Assembly: GCA_027622715.1 (NCBI GenBank)
Contig: JAQBYN010000017.1
Location: forward strand, 577-64,576
Reading direction: 5' to 3'
Source: Pseudomonadota bacterium
Lineage (GTDB): Bacteria > Pseudomonadota > Alphaproteobacteria > SHVP01
DNA length: 64,000 nt
Part shown: positions 61,893-64,000 of the stretch, in pieces
Position numbering within the stretch: the first letter of the stretch is position 1
How the letters are laid out: the number at the start of each line of letters is the position of its first letter
Program-made: the position numbers and the translations under genes
The notes under the pieces: generated by a model
The model's input: the letters and a program-made list of their open reading frames with translations, nothing else
What the model was told of the DNA's origin: nothing
Databases searched by the model: none

Positions 61893-62588
61893 ATGCTATC
61901 GCCGTTAGAAGTTGAAATCGTTCTTCTTTCGCTGCGGGTCGGGTTCTGGGCCGTGTTGGTGGGACTACCGCTTGCGATTGCCGCGGCGTGGCTACTCGCA
62001 CGCACCTCGTTCCCGGGCAAGGCCGTGGTGGACGGCCTGCTGCACCTGCCGCTGGTGGTACCACCGGTCATCGTCGGCTACACGCTCCTTGTCCTGCTTG
62101 GGCGCCAAGGTGTGATTGGCGCCTTCCTCGACAACGTTTTCGGAATTTCCTTTGCCTTCAACTGGAAGGGCGCCGCCGTCGCGTCGGGGGTCATGGCATT
62201 CCCCCTCATGGTGCGGGCGATCCGTCTTTCGATCGAGGCGATTGACCGGAGGATCGAAACCGCCGCGCGTACGCTTGGCGCATCACCGCTGCGGGTTTTC
62301 GCGACCATCACACTACCCCTCGCGCTACCCGGCATCCTGTCGGGCACGGTGCTGGCTTTCGCCCGCTCGCTCGGCGAGTTTGGCGCGACGATCACCTTTG
62401 TCTCGAACATTCCCGGCGAGACCCGAACGCTACCGCTTGCCGTCTTTAGCTTGATGCAGGTGCCCGGTACCGAGGCCGCCATCCTCCGCTTGGTACTGAT
62501 CTCCATTGCCATTGCGTTGGCAGCGCTTGTTGTTTCTGAATACCTGAGCCGCCGCGTCGCCGCCCGCATCCGCGGCACCCCGCCATGA
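61893..62588 (+). CDS. modB: Molybdate ABC transporter permease
   Basis: Motifs HLPLV.PPV..GY, FPLMVR.IR and FARSLGEFGATI.F..NIPGET.T. Confidence 0.96.
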   Translation: MLSPLEVEIVLLSLRVGFWAVLVGLPLAIAAAWLLARTSFPGKAVVDGLLHLPLVVPPVIVGYTLLVLLGRQGVIGAFLDNVFGISFAFNWKGAAVASGVMAFPLMVRAIRLSIEAIDRRIETAARTLGASPLRVFATITLPLALPGILSGTVLAFARSLGEFGATITFVSNIPGETRTLPLAVFSLMQVPGTEAAILRLVLISIAIALAALVVSEYLSRRVAARIRGTPP

Positions 62589-63667
62589 TTAGGGTCGCCA
62601 TCCAGAAGAAACTCGGCGCGTTCACGCTTGATGTGTCATTCGTTTCCGGCGCTGGTGTGACGGCGCTTTACGGTGTTTCGGGCGCCGGCAAAACCTCCAT
62701 CGTCAACGCCATTGCCGGCCTGATGCGCCCGGACGCAGGACACATCGAACTCGACGGCATCACCGTCTTCGATTCGACGTCCCGCATTTTCCTGCCCCCG
62801 GAGCGGCGCGGCGTCGGCTACGTCTTTCAAGAAGACCGGTTGTTTCCACACCTTTCCGTGCGCCGCAATCTGTCCTACGGGCAGCGCCGCAGTGAGGGCC
62901 ACCCTCAACCTAGCTTCGATGACGTGATTGACCTGCTCGGTCTTGCGCCTCTCCTTGAACGATTGCCGCACCGACTATCTGGCGGCGAAAAACAACGCGT
63001 CGCGATTGGCCGCGCGGTGCTTTCGCGCCCACGCTTGTTGTTGATGGATGAGCCGTTGGCGAATCTCGACACCGCGCGGCGCGCTGAAATATTGCCGTTC
63101 TTGGAGCGCCTGTGCCGCGACCTCTCGCTGCCGATCGTCTACGTCAGTCACGCGATCGAAGAAATTACCCGCCTCGCCGACACGCTGATCGTTCTGGACC
63201 GCGGCAAGGTCGTCGCCGCTGGCCCGGTACCGGCGATCACCGCACGGCTGGACCTGTCCCCGCTGATCGATCGAGGCGATGCGGGTACCGTTTTAGTTGG
63301 AACGATCGAAAGCCACGATACCCGCTATCATTTGACAACCGTGGCCTTCGACGGTGGCCGACTGGTTGTGCCAGCGGTCGGCGGTCCGGTCGGTGCCGCG
63401 CTGCGGCTGCGCATTCAAGCGCGTGATGTCGCGATCGCCACGTCCGTGCCAACGGGCATCAGCACACTCAACTGCTTGCCCGGCGTGATTACGGAACTGG
63501 GCACCGGGCGGCAGGCGCACCGTGATGTCCAGGTCAATGTCGGCGTGCCGATTTTGGCGCGCTTGACGCAACGATCAATTAGCGAGTTGGGGTTGGAACC
63601 GGGGCGTCAGGTGACGGCGTTGATCAAATCCGTCGCGGTCGAAAGAACTGATCGGTCGGCGGATTAA
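62585..63667 (+). CDS. modC: Molybdate ABC transporter ATP-binding protein
   Basis: Motifs GVSGAGKT, GYVFQE.RLFPH, LSGGEKQRVAIGRA and YVSH; C-terminal TOBE A.IKSV. Confidence 0.96.
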   Translation: MIRVAIQKKLGAFTLDVSFVSGAGVTALYGVSGAGKTSIVNAIAGLMRPDAGHIELDGITVFDSTSRIFLPPERRGVGYVFQEDRLFPHLSVRRNLSYGQRRSEGHPQPSFDDVIDLLGLAPLLERLPHRLSGGEKQRVAIGRAVLSRPRLLLMDEPLANLDTARRAEILPFLERLCRDLSLPIVYVSHAIEEITRLADTLIVLDRGKVVAAGPVPAITARLDLSPLIDRGDAGTVLVGTIESHDTRYHLTTVAFDGGRLVVPAVGGPVGAALRLRIQARDVAIATSVPTGISTLNCLPGVITELGTGRQAHRDVQVNVGVPILARLTQRSISELGLEPGRQVTALIKSVAVERTDRSAD

Positions 63668-63906
63668 GACCCCGTCGCGACGCAATCCCGTTCGCCGAGC
63701 GTCTTCGTGCATGTCACCGGCGATGCCGGGGGTGCGGGGGGTGGTGGCGGCACCTCGAAGAATTTGCCGACATCGCTTGCCGGTGCGCACCAAAATGCCC
63801 GTTCGGGCGGGGCGCCAAACTCCGCGCCGCAGGAGAACGCTGTCCCGCAACCGCTGAGCGCTAAGGCAAAGCCGACAAAAACGTAGCGACGCGCGCCATT
63901 GAGCAT
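63664..63906 (-). CDS. Small Cys/Pro-rich lipoprotein
   Basis: Lipobox LSGC after a hydrophobic stretch; four further Cys, a poly-Pro linker and a C-terminal CTKTLGERDC. Confidence 0.7.
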   Translation of the reverse strand: MLNGARRYVFVGFALALSGCGTAFSCGAEFGAPPERAFWCAPASDVGKFFEVPPPPPAPPASPVTCTKTLGERDCVATGS

Positions 63907-63957
63907 GATCGCTCCACCGAACCTGATGACCGTGGGGGCCCATGGTAGCGCGTCGTG

Positions 63958-63973
63958 GTTAACTGCTGGTTAA
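63958..63973 (-). promoter_or_regulatory. CtrA-binding box
   Basis: The minus strand reads TTAA-CCAGCAG-TTAAC, the full TTAA-N7-TTAAC consensus, about 52 bp upstream of the lipoprotein ATG. Confidence 0.7.
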
Positions 63974-64000
63974 GAAGACGGGGTCGGCGGCGCAAAGAGA

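Noticed and set aside
1-64000. Prophage, IS, integron or anti-phage defence island
   Set aside because: No integrase, transposase, phage structural or recognisable defence genes, and no terminal repeats or tRNA attachment site were seen.

Overview
A gene-dense, GC-rich 64-kb chromosomal segment. It is most likely from a free-living heterotrophic alphaproteobacterium, inferred from a CtrA box, NtrC and ModE boxes, cysK-alaX-sseA synteny and -AAE C-termini. I found no rRNA, tRNA, CRISPR array, transposase or phage genes. Recognisable content includes a Liv-type ABC importer with an embedded acyl-CoA ligase, preT/preA, badI, amtB, pncA, cysK, alaX, sseA, metC, hisI, hspQ and modABC. Many catabolic genes occur as paralogs: 3 APH-like kinases, 2 large methyltransferases, 2 racemase-fold proteins, 2 tandem FAD oxidoreductases, 2 tandem MFS transporters, 2 orphan family-5 binding proteins, several cupins and VOC proteins. 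Several of these have substituted catalytic residues. The most interesting signals are missing from the ORF track. (1) An HdfR-like LysR gene lies divergent from a 35-aa KPAA-repeat basic micropeptide whose 3' UTR folds into a three-hairpin RNA with C-rich anti-Shine-Dalgarno loops (32.7-34.0 kb). (2) A self-contained ~175-nt transcription unit has tandem NrdR-like boxes, a 14-nt match to the 16S rRNA 3' end and a 24-aa ORF (3.9-4.1 kb). (3) A ~170-nt rod-shaped candidate ncRNA lies at 22.6-22.8 kb. (4) A WYL regulator sits with tandem VOC genes under a perfect palindromic operator (40.9-42.6 kb). (5) A secreted LCAT-like hydrolase runs off the left edge. All calls come from reading motifs by eye; no database search or folding program was run.
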